DNA from: an uncultured Clostridia bacterium
GTDB lineage: Bacteria > Bacillota > Clostridia > Christensenellales > UBA1242
Reading direction: 5' to 3'
Assembly (NCBI GenBank): GCA_934778205.1
Contig: CAKVOD010000001.1
Span: 59,037 to 123,036, forward strand
Length of the DNA: 64,000 nt
The position numbers and the translations under genes were made by a program. Below are positions 62,831 to 64,000 of this stretch, piece after piece (the first letter of the stretch is position 1; every line of letters begins with the position of its first letter). Under the pieces are notes generated by a model, which ran no database searches, was not told the DNA's origin, and saw only the letters and a list, made by a program, of their open reading frames with translations.

Positions 62831-63116
62831 ATAAGTGTGATTCAGCAAACATACTGCGCCTGAAACGGTGTTTGCGTCACACACATTAATTCTAAATTGC
62901 TTTTATATTTTATACCATAACAAAAATTTTGTCAAGTACTTTTGCAAAATATTCCGCTATCCGCACTAATAGTTGCATACACAATGACTTTTTACCACAA
63001 TTACATAAAAATATCAAATATTTTAAACTGTTTTTAATAAAAATTTTTGTTTATTGCGCGATAGGTGGCACAATATACTTTGTTGCTGAATAGTTTACTA
63101 TACAGTGAGGTTTTAT

Positions 63117-63626
63117 ATGATTAATGATTTAAAATTTCAAAGCGACAAGCCTTATCCAGAAATCGTTGCTAGTTGCCCAAATGAATGTATTGTAAAAATG
63201 TTATCCAATTTGTATAGTGGTAGAAACAGCGAACTTTCCGCCATTTTGCAATACGCTTTTCAACACTCGGTCTTGAGGCAAAACAACAACGAAATTGCGT
63301 ACATACTTGAGCGCATCAGCATCGTTGAAATGCACCACCTCGAACTTTTGGCAAACGCAATCGTGGCGTTTGGCGGACTCCCTTGCTATGAGGACGGCAA
63401 CGGGCAAACTTTTTGCGCTGACGGCGTTTGCTACTACACAAACCTTGCTTGCATTCTTGAAAAAAGTTTGCAAGACGAACGCGATGCCGTGAACGCCTAC
63501 ATTCGAACCGCTAACTGCGTTCAAAACGTAAGTCTGCGCGCGCTTTTGCTCCGACTTGCAGAAGACGAACAAATACACGCCGACATTCTCAACTCACTTC
63601 TTTGCGACTTGCAAAGTTTTGAATAA
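63117..63626 (+). CDS. Ferritin-like / manganese-catalase family protein (CotJC-like)
   Basis: Start at MINDLKF (GAGG RBS). ...ELSAILQYAFQ..., ...EMHHLELLANAI..., ...DERDAVNAY..., ...AEDEQIHADIL. These are di-metal E/H motifs. Confidence 0.65.
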   Translation: MINDLKFQSDKPYPEIVASCPNECIVKMLSNLYSGRNSELSAILQYAFQHSVLRQNNNEIAYILERISIVEMHHLELLANAIVAFGGLPCYEDGNGQTFCADGVCYYTNLACILEKSLQDERDAVNAYIRTANCVQNVSLRALLLRLAEDEQIHADILNSLLCDLQSFE

Positions 63627-63707
63627 ACGATAAATAATGCTGTTTAATTTTTTATTAATCATTGCTGACGCGGTCAATTTGTGTTTGTAACCCATAATAT
63701 TAAGAGT

Positions 63708-63866
63708 CCCCTTCCGGGAGATTTCTCCACTACGGCGGCGACTACGTCGCCAACTTCAGTCGAAATGACAACGGGGTAAGTGGCTCCCCACGTTTCTAAC
63801 ACACAAAGTGTCTGGGAGCACGCATCAAACCTGCACCTGTGGCGTATGTTGCCTGTTGAAATGATA
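63708..63866 (+). repeat. Intergenic repeat family B
   Basis: ccccttccgggagatttctcc-ac-hairpin(ggcgac tac gtcgcc)-...agtcgaaatgacaacgggg ... catcaaacctgcacctgtggcgtatgttgcctgttgaaatgata. The window also ends with tgtcatttc, possibly the start of an inverted copy. Confidence 0.7.
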
Positions 63867-64000
63867 AATGCGCAAGTGGCTTCCCGTAATAATAATGTTT
63901 TCTATTATATTTTACATAAGGGTTATTCTATTATATGCGCTAGCCTAAATTTAAGAAAAACTTCATAATTATTGTAAGTCACTTATCTCATTGTCATTTC

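Overview
This window looks like a chromosomal segment of a low-GC, apparently spore-forming Firmicute. Host genes include cwlD-type amidase, a BclA-like collagen protein, a CotJC/Mn-catalase-like protein, rsmA, ung, efp, pnuC, pyk, gpsA, an MscS-family channel and vanW. The main result is two related but diverged filamentous-phage (inovirus)-like integrated elements. Element B (52363-62798, about 10.4 kb) is complete and sits in the 3' end of tRNA-Arg(ACG), flanked by exact 45-bp direct repeats. It encodes a tyrosine integrase, an apparently leaderless XRE repressor, an ssDNA-binding-like protein with a bacterial-SSB-type acidic ...IPF tail, small hydrophobic virion-type proteins, a 673-aa membrane-anchored putative adsorption protein, a Zot/pI-like P-loop ATPase and a pC194/pUB110-type HUH rolling-circle Rep. 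Element A (1-6665, opposite orientation) is cut by the left window edge. It is syntenic with B for most of the replication, regulation and morphogenesis genes but carries unrelated putative adsorption genes. It ends at a 45-nt 3' half of tRNA-Asn(GUU) and has a lipoprotein gene where B has the integrase. Host DNA between the elements holds a 14.3-kb ORF for a 4766-aa surface protein built from dozens of Listeria-Bacteroides-type repeats, and a 1090-aa MBG-repeat lipoprotein. It also holds an ECF sigma/anti-sigma cluster with secreted proteins. Nearly every host intergenic gap examined carries a dense family of REP/BIME-like mosaic repeats (GTAG head plus GC-stem tetraloop hairpins in roughly 100-nt tandem units); none was seen inside the two phage-like elements. 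I saw no rRNA genes or CRISPR arrays. All functional calls come from motif recognition by eye; no database search was possible.
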